From an uncultured Planctomycetaceae bacterium (GTDB lineage Bacteria; Planctomycetota; Planctomycetia; Pirellulales; PALSA-1355), in assembly GCA_963785305.1 (NCBI GenBank), contig CAWAUV010000007.1, forward strand, positions 832,001-896,000: 64,000 nucleotides of DNA, in the 5' to 3' direction. The notes below the pieces were generated by a model. It was not told the DNA's origin. It did not search any database and was given only the letters and a program-made list of their open reading frames with translations. Made by a program: the position numbers and the translations under genes. Positions 10,679 to 20,797 of this stretch are shown here, in pieces (positions within the stretch are counted from its first letter, which is position 1; every line of letters begins with the position of its first letter).

Positions 10679-11869
10679 ATGCCCGACTCTGATCGCGAAC
10701 CAACCAGAACGAATCGCGTTTTGATCACCGACGATGCCAGAGCCATGCTCGGGATGTCGGTCGAAGCTCGAAACCTCGACGACGGCTTCCCGGTCCTAGC
10801 GCACAATGCGCGGACAAGCAATGCCATGGCGCCGAATAAATACGCGGAGAACTCATGGATCAGAAACCGCTATTGTTATACATTGCCTCGCGCCCTTTGG
10901 GACGAGGTGTCCCGCCAACTCGGAGTCAACGAGCGCCGTGCTGAAATCGTCGACCTGGAGTATGCACTGTCAGAGGTCAACGGCGACCACACGGCGCGTG
11001 TGGGCTTCTGGCGTGGGATTGGAGTTGTATATCCGTATCTTCGGCGGCGAACGCCGCCGCAACTGTTGGCCGAGCACGCGCGGGCAGTGGGTTGGGGTAT
11101 CAATCAGGCGGCAATCGATCACTCGCTGCGAATCAGCGAGGAACGAGCGAATGTCTTTGCGGTGACGACAAGAGCTTATTTGGGTTGGTTGCTGGTGAAC
11201 CCGCAATTTCTCGGTGAGCATGATACGCTACTCACGGGAAATGCCGGCATGATACAGCGCTGCGGACTTGAGTGGCTGAGTCAGCCCCAAATTCCTCCAT
11301 TTGCGGTGGCTTGTGGAGATCGGGTAACTGCCGAAGAGTGGCGGGGATACCGTGCGCCGTTCCTTGAGTTTTTCCGGCGGTGGCGATTGAAAGGTCTCGC
11401 CGGGCCATACTTGCCGATCCCGCAACAACCGTTGCTGTCGGGCAATATTCCGCAAACGGTGCTGGCCGAGCTACAATGCTCGCCAAATCTGTTCTCGTTG
11501 CCGGACACGTATCCCTTGCCGAGCCGCGATATTGTGCGCGACATGTTGGGCGACGCGCTGCACGGATCAACGCTTGATGATCATTTGAGTGAGTGGCGAA
11601 AACTGATTGCAAGCGAAAATCCGGCGAAGCAAGCGAGGAAGCGTTTCGCCCGACTTTTCGAGGTGCAGCATTACTTTCGCGTTCTGCAAAGCCGTCATGG
11701 AGAGGTCATTCATCGGAGGATGGGCGTCTTGAAAGCAAGTCTCGCGTCGTTCCTTGAGGTGAGCTGTCGAACGATCGATCAAGATGTTGCGGAAATTGGG
11801 CGACGTTTGGGCGCAACGTGGGCTCATTCCCGCCATTCCTGGCCGTTCGGACCATTCTCGCCATGCTGA
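10679..11869 (+). CDS. Hypothetical protein with C-terminal HTH-like motif
   Basis: 396-aa ORF; LASFLEVSCRTIDQDVAEI resembles an HTH; upstream of xis/int on the same strand; true start may lie downstream. Confidence 0.6.
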   Translation: MPDSDREPTRTNRVLITDDARAMLGMSVEARNLDDGFPVLAHNARTSNAMAPNKYAENSWIRNRYCYTLPRALWDEVSRQLGVNERRAEIVDLEYALSEVNGDHTARVGFWRGIGVVYPYLRRRTPPQLLAEHARAVGWGINQAAIDHSLRISEERANVFAVTTRAYLGWLLVNPQFLGEHDTLLTGNAGMIQRCGLEWLSQPQIPPFAVACGDRVTAEEWRGYRAPFLEFFRRWRLKGLAGPYLPIPQQPLLSGNIPQTVLAELQCSPNLFSLPDTYPLPSRDIVRDMLGDALHGSTLDDHLSEWRKLIASENPAKQARKRFARLFEVQHYFRVLQSRHGEVIHRRMGVLKASLASFLEVSCRTIDQDVAEIGRRLGATWAHSRHSWPFGPFSPC

Positions 11870-12009
11870 CGGTATCTCTATCAGCGATTGCACGTTGACC
11901 ATTCTAAATCCCCCCGCGCTCTTATTCGTCGCACCGCGGGATCCGTTTGCGGCGTCGTCGCAGTCATGCAGCGGTTGCCGCAACAATTAAGAACTCCATC
12001 GGCTGAAAT

Positions 12010-13213
12010 GGGTCTATAAAACGTTCGGTGTCGAGTGGGCGGGAGAAGGTCAGTTTCTCTGTTTCGGCAGGCGGCCCTCGAACATGATCGCGAAGTATTT
12101 CATCGCCTCTTTCCAGTTGCGGATCGGCATCGTCTATTTCTTCGCCGCTCCGTGGATCGGCGGGTGGATGGTCTTCAAGTCCGATTCGTCGTTCGGGTAG
12201 ATCTTGCGGTTCCGCGTGAACTTGCGGATCACGCTGTTCACCGATTCGATCGCATTGGTCGTGTGGATCGCCTTGCGGATCGGCGCCGGGAAGTCGAACA
12301 GCGTGATGATGTCGGCCCACTTCGCGCGCCAAGCCTTGGCGATCGTCGGATATTTCGCGTCCCAAGCTTGAGCAAAAGCGTCGAACGCCTGCTAGGGTTC
12401 CAAGATCGTCGCCGCTTGATGGATCTTCTTGAGATCGGCGGCCACTCGCACGCTGTCTTGCGTGCTCACATAGCGCAAGGCCGCGCGCACCGAGATGCAC
12501 GATGCGGTGCTGGGCCTTTGTTTGACGCTGCGCCAGGCGGCCATTCTCGCCGCGCGCACGCACCACGATTCCGTCGAAGTACATGATCGGCCACACGCTT
12601 TCCAGTGTCCGCGTGCGCCAGGCGGTCGCTTCGGCGTTCAGATCGGGCATGATTCCGGAGATCAGGCCGCCGACACTTCGGCGCCATAAAACTGCGCGAC
12701 ACTGTCTTGGATGTCGCGGGTCGTCATGCCCTTGGCATGCGGCGCGAGAATCTTTTCGTCGAAGCCCGGCACGCGTCACTGTTGCTTGCCGATCAGTTGC
12801 GGCTCGAAGGTTCCATCGCGATCGCGCGGCGTGATGAGGGTCAGCTCGCCGACGCTGCCTTGGACCGTCTTTTGGGAACGGCCGTTGCGGCGATTCGGCG
12901 GACGCTTCTTGGCGCCGATCGCCGGCTCGCTTGCGCCCACGGTGGGCTCCGCGGTCGGTTCGCCGCCGACCAGGGCCTTGCGTGCGAGGTGAGCGTCCAT
13001 CCCGGTATTCAGCATCCGCTCGAGCGCGGATTTCATCATCAACCGCGGCAGGCAGTCGGGGTCTTCCACGGTCGAGTGCTGGCTAGCGAAATCATTCTGC
13101 TAGCTGTGCGGTTCGCGAGCGGAGCGAGGCATCCGTGCGTCAGTCTCCTGTTCAGAAAAAGGCGCGGCACAATACCACTCTCCGCTAGCTGACAGAAGCG
13201 TCGTGACAGGGCC
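12010..13213 (-). mobile_element. Degenerate IS256-family element with 8-bp target duplication GCTGAAAT
   Basis: Fragments NRRNGRSQKTVQGSVGELTLITPRDRDGTFEPQLI and WRTRTLESVWPIMYFDGIVV in several frames; imperfect IRs GG..CT.T..TGTC; GCTGAAAT at 12002-12009 and 13214-13221. Confidence 0.9.
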
Positions 13214-13385
13214 GCTGAAATGCGCAGTCAGCTTCCGCGCTACCTGCGCTGACGAAACAGCGCTTGCCGCGCAATCATTGTATTGTCGATTCACTGTTCG
13301 CCGCGGCAAAAAACGCCGGGGCGGCACGTCGAGACAACATCGGCTTGCGCGATCGGTCGATCATTCCTCCCGAGCGGATTTCATC

Positions 13386-13653
13386 ATGGCCAAAAACGAG
13401 CCGGAATATCTCGATATCGACGAGCTTTGCGCTCGAACCGGGCTGTCGTCAGCAACGATTTGGCGCCTCAAGCGAAGCGGGCGGATCGCGTTCTACCAGC
13501 CGGGGGGACCACGGAGTCGCGGTTCGGTTTCCGGCGAACGCGATTGAACTGCGGCCAAGCCCTTCTCCTCAGCCTGAAACGGGCTTCGGCGAACCGAAAC
13601 TTTCGGGGCCGACACCTCTCTGGGCAAAAAACATCTCCAACACCAAGCACTAG
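13386..13653 (+). CDS. Excisionase / AlpA-like HTH protein (frameshift ~13520)
   Basis: YLDIDELCARTGLSSATIWRLKRSGRI; directly upstream of the integrase. Confidence 0.8.
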
Positions 13654-13661
13654 GAAATCAC

Positions 13662-14875
13662 GTGGCACGAAAATCGAAACAACCCATAATCGCTTGCCAG
13701 TATTTCGGCTGGCGGCTCTTTCAACGCGACGGCGTTTATTACGCCGACGGCCGGGGCGGCAAATACGACCTCGGCAAACATTCACTCGGCGCCCGGAATC
13801 GTGAAAACGCGTTTGAACGGCTCCGGCAACTGGACGCACACAAGGCGGTAGAGCATGGGCTAGCGAATAATATTGCGACCGTGCCGACGGTCAACATCTC
13901 GATCGCCGAAGGCTGGAAGAAATTTCTCGATTTCTGCGGAAGAAGCAATGTGCAGGGAGGCGTGTCGCCGGGGACGCTCAAACGCTACGGCGGCGTGCGT
14001 GATAAACACGTCGGGTTTTGCGCCCGGCATGGCGTCGTCAATTGGACCGATTTCGACGCCCGGATGATTGAAAAATACGGCAACTGGTTGGCAAGAAAGA
14101 GCGCCGAGCGAACCCAGTACTTCGAGCTCACGCTGCTGAAAAGCGTGGTCAAATGGCTGATCGGGAGCAAGCTTCTACCCGCCGATTGCAAACTGAATCA
14201 TCCCTTGCGCAAACCCCAAGGCACCGATACCTATTGCTACAGCGTGGCCGAAGTGGCCGACATGGTGCGGCACTGCGAGTCGGCCCCCAACCTTGGTTGG
14301 CTGGCCAGAGTGATCGTCGGATTGCGCATACCGGCTTGCGAATCAGCGAGTTGGCCAACATGCGCTGGGGCGATGTGAACGACGATCGGAACCTGATTCA
14401 AGTGGTCGACGAGCGGTCAAGCAGTCGTAAGCGTCGGGCTGGCGTCGCTCGCACGACCAAGGGCCGCCGTTCCCGCACATTGCCCTTGCACCCGGTGCTC
14501 AAGGAATATCTTGCGACGATCGAGCGGCATGCGGACGGCTATGTATTTCACGCTCTTCGCGGCGGCCGACTTCGGTCCCGAAATCTGCTGCAGACGTTCC
14601 TTGATGACGTGATCGAGCCGCTGAAAGCGAAGTTTCCCACCCCGGCTGGCGAGATCGGCTTCGAGCACGGTCGAATCCACAGCTTTCGCCACTATTTTTG
14701 CAGTCAATCGTTCCTCGGAGGGGCGTCCGAGGGCGAGATTCGCGAATGGCTGGGGCACTCCGATTCCAAAATGGTTGAACACTACCGCCATCTGCGAAGC
14801 GAGGACGCTCAGCGCAAAATGGCGAGGATCGATTTCTTGGGTCGTCTGGACAACGGTTCGGACGGCAAGGCGTAG
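13662..14875 (+). CDS. Tyrosine recombinase/integrase (frameshift ~14324)
   Basis: HTGLRISEL (R), TTKG (K), IHSFRHYF (HxxR), WLGHSDSKMVEHY (H, Y); converges on the tRNA 3' end. Confidence 0.93.
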
Positions 14876-15027
14876 TTCGTTGTTTTGTTGTTTTTTTTCA
14901 AAGGGCGTCGGCGACGGCGCGGTGGTGAGAGGTTGAGAACGTGATCGAGATGCTCGCGACGAGCTTGAAGGTAGTCGACGCCGCGTGGGCTCGCAAAGAG
15001 GCCCCGCGGCGGCCCGAGATCGCTCGG

Positions 15028-15113
15028 ATTTGTCCCAGTTTTTGTCTCACTGACTGGGACAAATGAGGATCGCTCGTCACAAGGGTCTGCCATGCAGTCA
15101 CTTACGACGAGCG
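15028..15113. promoter_or_regulatory. att-proximal inverted repeats (putative integrase arm sites and hairpin)
   Basis: Perfect 12-bp IR ATTTGTCCCAGT/ACTGGGACAAAT (15028-15064) with an internal TTGTCTCA copy; second IR CGCTCGTC..GACGAGCG (15071-15113) next to the tRNA 3' end. Confidence 0.55.
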
Positions 15114-15125
15114 TTCAAAAAATCA

Positions 15126-15216
<91 letters not shown>

Positions 15217-15465
15217 AAAAGCCCGCCTCGCTCGCGGAATTGCGCGCCCTCGAACCGCGGGCCATCAATGGCGACGCATCCGCAATCGTCATGCGCGAGG
15301 CATCAAGTTTACCGAATCCGGCGGCGGTGGTAAAGCGACCCGAAGCGGCGGCCCGTCGGGGCTGTCGGGCACCCGCCGGGCGGCGCTGGCATGGCCGAGC
15401 AAGAACCCTAACTCGAAAGCTTTCCGATAACGGGAAGAGCGAAGCTGTTGGCGGACAGGCTCCCG

Positions 15466-15541
15466 AGAGCCTATCCGAGAAGTTCCGCGGGCCCTCACTC
15501 TACCCTCTCCCAGTGGGAGGGGGGGTTGGCGGACAGGCTCT
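15466..15541 (+). repeat. ~76-bp MITE-like palindromic repeat, copy 1
   Basis: TIR AGAGCCTATCCG..CGGACAGGCTCT, internal CCCTCTCCC..GGGAGGGG hairpin; homologous to 29663-29740 and 48252-48330. Confidence 0.7.
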
Positions 15542-15561
15542 TTGCGGTTTGTTGAATAATG

Positions 15562-16410
15562 CTAGGCGGCCCGGCGCCAGGGGAGCCAAGCGGACCACGA
15601 CGACGGGCTCGCCGCCTGTCGCGCCGGGCAGACGTCGCTCGATCGGTCGAGGCTCGCGTGGCGACGCAAAATCTCGAGCGCCGAATTCGGCCCATGCGAC
15701 TGCCACTTATCGATTCGATTGCGGCGCCACATCTCGTGGTAGAGATGCACCGCATAGCTGTTCGGGCTCGGAGCGAAGGATTTCTCGCCGCGAGCAAATC
15801 CCGGAATCTCATGCCAGACCAAGGGCGAGAAGGTCGTCTCCGGCAACACATAGTGCATCAGCCGCAGGTCGACCACGGCCTGCACAAACACATTGCCGAG
15901 CTCGTTCCACCGCACATGCGAGGGCGGAATCTGTTCGGCGTCGCGAATGGCTTGCCGCATCAATTGGCAGCCGCGCGGCGCTTTGATCACCCCGGTGGCC
16001 ACCGGCTTGTCTTCGGCGCCCAGCACATAGGGCGCGGTGAAGTCGAAAGGCCGCAAGCAAAACACATCCATATCCACCCACCAACCGCCAAGATCGTGGA
16101 GCATGGTGTAGCGAAACAGGTCCGAGAAGCCCGCGAAGCTGCCCTTGCCCTCGCCGCGGCGATTGCGAAACACGCGCTCGGCCGGCAATATCTCGCGGGC
16201 GTCGCGGCCAACCACTCCCGCCGGTAGTCGCGGGAAGGGATCGTAGGAATAAAGGTGAAATTCGTGGCCGCAGCGCACGAACGACTGCATGCAGGCCCAT
16301 TCCAGGGGCGAAATCTCGCCGATCCACAGACTTCGGATAGTGCGATTCGGATCGTCGGCGCGAAATGTGGTGCCCGCAACTGGCGGTCGATTGGCTTGGT
16401 TGGATGACAA
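15562..16410 (-). CDS. DXD glycosyltransferase (GT32/alpha-1,4-glycosyltransferase-like)
   Basis: SLWIGEISPLE, FSDLFRY, GGWWVDMDVFCLRPF, YAVHLYHEMW. Confidence 0.85.
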   Translation of the reverse strand: MSSNQANRPPVAGTTFRADDPNRTIRSLWIGEISPLEWACMQSFVRCGHEFHLYSYDPFPRLPAGVVGRDAREILPAERVFRNRRGEGKGSFAGFSDLFRYTMLHDLGGWWVDMDVFCLRPFDFTAPYVLGAEDKPVATGVIKAPRGCQLMRQAIRDAEQIPPSHVRWNELGNVFVQAVVDLRLMHYVLPETTFSPLVWHEIPGFARGEKSFAPSPNSYAVHLYHEMWRRNRIDKWQSHGPNSALEILRRHASLDRSSDVCPARQAASPSSWSAWLPWRRAA

Positions 16411-16896
16411 GGTAGAGCCTCACCCGGCGGATTACGTTGGACTGCCTCGACGTCGTGCTGTCCGCGCGATGCCTGTGCTTCGAGAGGAAGTGGGCCGTTC
16501 CCCGCGCCGCCGCGCATTTATTTCATCGGCTGCCGAATCGTGAAAGCTGCGCGGTTTTCCGCCTTATGCCGCACGAGCGTCGGCTTATTGTTCCTTGATC
16601 GGCTGTTTTGGCCAAGATCAGTTGTTCGCCGACCCGCATTCGATCTATGCCTTTCGACATAGCACGATGTGCGCGGGCGACTGCTAGCACTGCTAGAATC
16701 AAAGTCTTGACGATCGCCGCGCGGGCAATAGCAGGGGTGGGGGGGAGAATGGCTTCGCAATTCGGTCGTTCGGTTTCGGCGTTTGTCGCGAAACCGCAAT
16801 TACCCGGCAAGCGGCGAGATGTGCGACGAGATGTGCGACGCCCCGAGCAATGGCGAACTACCAGCCCATTGAAATATTCAACAGGCTGATTGGCTC

Positions 16897-17896
16897 TTAT
16901 TGTATGAACTCTTCTTTTTCATCGGGCGAGGAGAGCGTGATTTCCCCGGAATCTTCCAGCCGGCGCACCACGTCGACAATCTGCTGCTGCATCTGCTCCA
17001 CGGCCGACAATCGCACCGGGCCGAGGTATTCCATTTCCTCGCGCAACATTTCCGAGGCCCGCTGCGACATATTGCTGAGCACCTTGGCTCGCAGTTCCTC
17101 GCTCGCGCCTTTGAGGGCCATGGCCCATTGGCTGGTTTCCACGTTTTTGAGCACGGTTTGCACATCTTTGTTCGAGAACTTGTTGATGTCCTCGAAGACG
17201 AACATCAGCCGCCTGATTTCTTCCACCAAGTCGGGGTCTTCTTGGGCCAGATTCTCGAGGAGATTGCGTTCGGTCGAGCGGTCGGTCACGTTGAGAATCT
17301 CGGCCACGGTCGGCACTCCGCCGGCTTTTTCGAACTGCTGGCTCATGACGCTCGACATGCGGCTTTCGAGTCCGCGCTCGACTTCTTGAATGATCTCGGG
17401 ATTCGTTTGGCCCATCGTGGCCACGCGGCGGATCACCGCGAGTTGGCGATCGCTGGGCAGGGCGGCGATGATCTCGGCGCCGTATTGCGGCGGCAGATGC
17501 GAGAGAATCAGCGCGATGGTTTGCGGATGCTCGTCGATGATGAACGTGAGCAGATTCTGGCTGTCGACATGCTGCAAAAAGCCGAACGGCAGGGCCTCGA
17601 TCGACTGGCGGCACATTGTCGATCGTGCCGGTCGCGTTTTTGCCGAGCGCTTTCTCAACGAGCGACTTGGCCACGTCGAGCCCGCCAGAGCCGCCGCCCA
17701 TCATCTTGGGATCGACATCGGCAAATTCGAAAATGACGGCGCCTTGCTCCTCGCCGCCGACGGAGCTGATCTTGGCGATCTCGATCGACACCGCCTCGAC
17801 CTGCTTGGCGTCGAGCTTCGACATGAGCTGGCCGGCCTGATCTTGCGGCAGGCTCATCAGCAAGACCGCGGCTTTGCGAAGTTCGGCGGCGCTCAT
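16897..17896 (-). CDS. fliG: Flagellar motor switch protein FliG (frameshift ~17610)
   Basis: LRKAAVLLMSL, GGLDVAKSLVEKALG, EHPQTIALILSHL, MFVFEDI, NMSQRA, LGPVRLSAVE. Confidence 0.93.
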
Positions 17897-18099
17897 TGCG
17901 GGGCGTTCTCCGCGGGTCGATTCCCGGCGGGCGACGCCTCGAGCCAATATTGCAACACGCCCAGCACGGTTCCCGGCCGCCGACGGGCAATCAGCGCCAA
18001 GCGGCGTCGCAAGAACTCCTCGCGGCCGGTGATCGCGTTGCCGGCGTGGCTCGGGGCCGCGGGGCCGAATTCGGAGCGATGCTCGACTGTCATGGGCAA
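17893..18099 (-). CDS. Small protein resembling the FliG-binding C-terminus of FliF
   Basis: Stop overlaps the fliG start (ATGA); RLALIARRRPGTVLGVLQYWL has the P-x9-W amphipathic pattern. Confidence 0.55.
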   Translation of the reverse strand: MPMTVEHRSEFGPAAPSHAGNAITGREEFLRRRLALIARRRPGTVLGVLQYWLEASPAGNRPAENAPQ

Positions 18100-18419
18100 C
18101 CGACTCTTTTACGTGGATTGTTCTTTTGCGCGATGTTTTTATTGCGCGAGGGGGGCGATGCGTCAAAGTTCGCGAATCCGGCGCCGGTTGCCCAGTCGGC
18201 AAAAGGCGCCAAAAATTTGTTCGCGCTTTGTCTATCGGCCGGACCGGGGGCGCTGCTTGAGCCAAAATCCCGCGGGGGCTTCCGGCGCCGGGGCGAATGT
18301 GCCAAAATCTCGCTTCGAGCCAGCGGAATCGCTCCCCCGATCCCCCCGGTTTTCCACGTTTTTGGCCGGCCGCTTCGGGCGGTTCTTTTACCACCCCCCA
18401 ATCGCGATCGCGAGTCATT

Positions 18420-18866
18420 ATGCTGCGACATCAACTGCTGCATCCCAAAATCAACGAGGTGCTCGGTCGAGCCGGGCATCACGGCAAGATCCTGATTGCC
18501 GATGGCAACTATCCCGCCTCGAGCACCCTGGGTCCGAATGCCGAGCTCGTGAGCCTGAATCTTTCGCCCGGCGTGGTCACCTGCGCCCAAGTGCTGGCGG
18601 CGGTCGTGTCGGCGATTCCGATTGATATCGCCAACACGATGCAGCCGGAAGCGTCGGGGCAGTACGCCATGAGCGACGACCCGCCGGTGTGGACCGAGTA
18701 TCGTCGGATATTCAAAGCGGCCGGCCTCGCGCTCGAGCTTGAGCCAATCGAGAAGTGGGCGTTTTACGAAGCGGTGCGCACTCCCGACCATGTGCTCACG
18801 ATTCAAACCGCCGACCAGGGATTGTTCGCCAACCTGCTGCTCTCGATTGGCGTGCGCCGCGCCTGA
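18420..18866 (+). CDS. RbsD/FucU-family sugar mutarotase
   Basis: MLRHQLLHP..GHHGKILIADGNYP..FYE..IQTAD..FANLLL. Confidence 0.85.
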   Translation: MLRHQLLHPKINEVLGRAGHHGKILIADGNYPASSTLGPNAELVSLNLSPGVVTCAQVLAAVVSAIPIDIANTMQPEASGQYAMSDDPPVWTEYRRIFKAAGLALELEPIEKWAFYEAVRTPDHVLTIQTADQGLFANLLLSIGVRRA

Positions 18867-18930
18867 CGAGAGACATTCGCGGTTCGCTGGCGATTTCGAT
18901 CCACGCTCATTTCCTCAACGAGGACCAACG

Positions 18931-19864
18931 ATGGAAACCCGTCTGCTCGGAAAGACCGGGCTCGAACTTTCGGCGCTCAGCTTCGGCGCCTCGTCGCTGG
19001 GGCAAGAGTTTCGCCAAGTCGATCTCGGCGAAGCGCTCGGGAGCGTGCGCCGCGCTCGAGGTGGGCATGAACTTTATCGACACCTCGCCGTTCTATGGGC
19101 GCGGCATGTCGGAAGTGCTGCTCGGGGTGGCGCTGCGCGGCGTGCCGCGAGACAGCTATCTCTTGGGCACGAAGCTTGGCCGCTACGATCTCGGGCATTT
19201 CGATTTCTCGGCCCGACGCGTGGTCGAGAGCGTCGATGTGAGTTTGCATCGCATGGGCGTCGAGCATTTGGATATTTGCCTGTGCCACGATATCGAGTTC
19301 GTCGATCTGACTCAGATCGTGCAAGAAACCCTGCCAGCCTTGCGACGCTTGCAGCAACAGGGCAAGGTGCGATGCGTGGGTATTAGCGGCTATCCGATGC
19401 ACATTTTTCGCTGGATTCTCGAGCGCACGGAGCTCGATGTCGTGTTGTCGTATAACCATTACACGTTGCAAAACACGATGTTCGGCGATCTTGTGCCGCT
19501 GCTCAAGGCCAAGCGGGTGGGCATTATGAACGCCGCTCCGTTCTCCGCGCGGCTGCTAACCAACGCCACGCTTCCACCCTGGCATAAGGCGACGCCGCAA
19601 GTGCGCGAGTGCTGCGCCAAGGCGGCGGAATATTGCCGCGGCCAGGGATCGGACATCGCCAAGCTCGCGCTCCAGTTCTCCATTGCCAATCCCGACATGA
19701 CCACGTGCATTGCCGGCTCGGCCAGTCCCGAGCGCGTGCGGCAATGGGCCACTTGGGCCGCCGAGCCGCTCGATCGCGAACTGCTCGCCGAAACACTCAA
19801 GATTCTCGCGCCGATTCATGACTGGCACTACACCGAAGGCCGCCCGGAGAACAACGACCAATAA
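18931..19864 (+). CDS. Aldo/keto reductase (L-fucose/L-galactose dehydrogenase-like), frameshift ~19050
   Basis: LGKTGLELSALSFGASSLG, NFIDTSPFYGRGMSE, LGTKLGRY, CLCHDIE. Confidence 0.88.
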
Positions 19865-19926
19865 TCGCGAGTCGCTTCCCGTCCGCGACCCGAAACGCAA
19901 GGCACGGACTCTGAAAGTCTAGACAC

Positions 19927-20766
19927 TTGATTACCATCAACGCGCATCAGCATTTTTGGGAACTGCATCGATTCAACACCACTTGGCTCGATGCGCCGCC
20001 GCTCGCGCCGATTCGACGTAATTTCTTGCCCGAGGACCTTGCTCCGCTGCTCGACGCGGCGGGGATCCAAAAGTCGATCTTCGTGCAAACCCAGCACAAT
20101 CTGGCCGAAGCTCGCTGGGTGCTGCGGCTGGCCAAGAAGCATGAGTTTCTCGCCGGCGTCGTGGGTTGGCTCGATTTGGCGAGCGACGATTGCGAGCGGC
20201 AATTGCTCGAATTTCGCGAGGATCCGAAGTTCGTCGGAGCGCGGCATATCACGCAAGACGAGCCCGACGATGATTTCATCATCCGCGACGATGTGCTCCG
20301 CGGTCTCGCATTGCTCGAAAAGCACCAGTTGCCGTTTGACCTGCTCTTCTATCCGAAACATCTGCGGCATGCGGCCACCATCGCCCGGAAGCTGCCCGAC
20401 TTGCCGCTGGTGATCGACCACTTGGCCAAGCCGCGGATCGCCAGCGGTGAGATGAAGCCCTGGATCGATGACCTGCGCGCCGCGGCCCGCTGCCCTAATG
20501 TGTGCTGCAAGCTCTCGGGCCTGGTGACCGAAGCGGATTGGCGATCTTGGAAGCCGGTCGATTTGCGGCCCTATGTGCGGGCGGCGCTCGACGCATTTGG
20601 ACCCGAGCGGTGCATGTATGGCTCGGATTGGCCGGTGTGTCTATTGGCGGGCGACTATGGCCGGGTCCACGCGGCGCTGGTTGAAGCGCTGGGGGAATTG
20701 AGCCCTGGCGACCGTGAGCGGATATTTGGGCTCACGGCCGCCAGGTTTTATCGCTTCCCGCTCTGA
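19927..20766 (+). CDS. Amidohydrolase_2 family, L-fuconolactonase-like
   Basis: AHQHFW, VIDHLAKP, CKLSGLVTEA, FGPERCMYGSDWPV. Confidence 0.88.
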   Translation: MITINAHQHFWELHRFNTTWLDAPPLAPIRRNFLPEDLAPLLDAAGIQKSIFVQTQHNLAEARWVLRLAKKHEFLAGVVGWLDLASDDCERQLLEFREDPKFVGARHITQDEPDDDFIIRDDVLRGLALLEKHQLPFDLLFYPKHLRHAATIARKLPDLPLVIDHLAKPRIASGEMKPWIDDLRAAARCPNVCCKLSGLVTEADWRSWKPVDLRPYVRAALDAFGPERCMYGSDWPVCLLAGDYGRVHAALVEALGELSPGDRERIFGLTAARFYRFPL

Positions 20767-20797
20767 GCGAGCGGTGATTCCCGCCTTTATCGACGGT

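Noticed and set aside
16817..16841. Short duplication GAGATGTGCGAC x2
   Set aside because: Two copies only, likely replication slippage, with no functional context.
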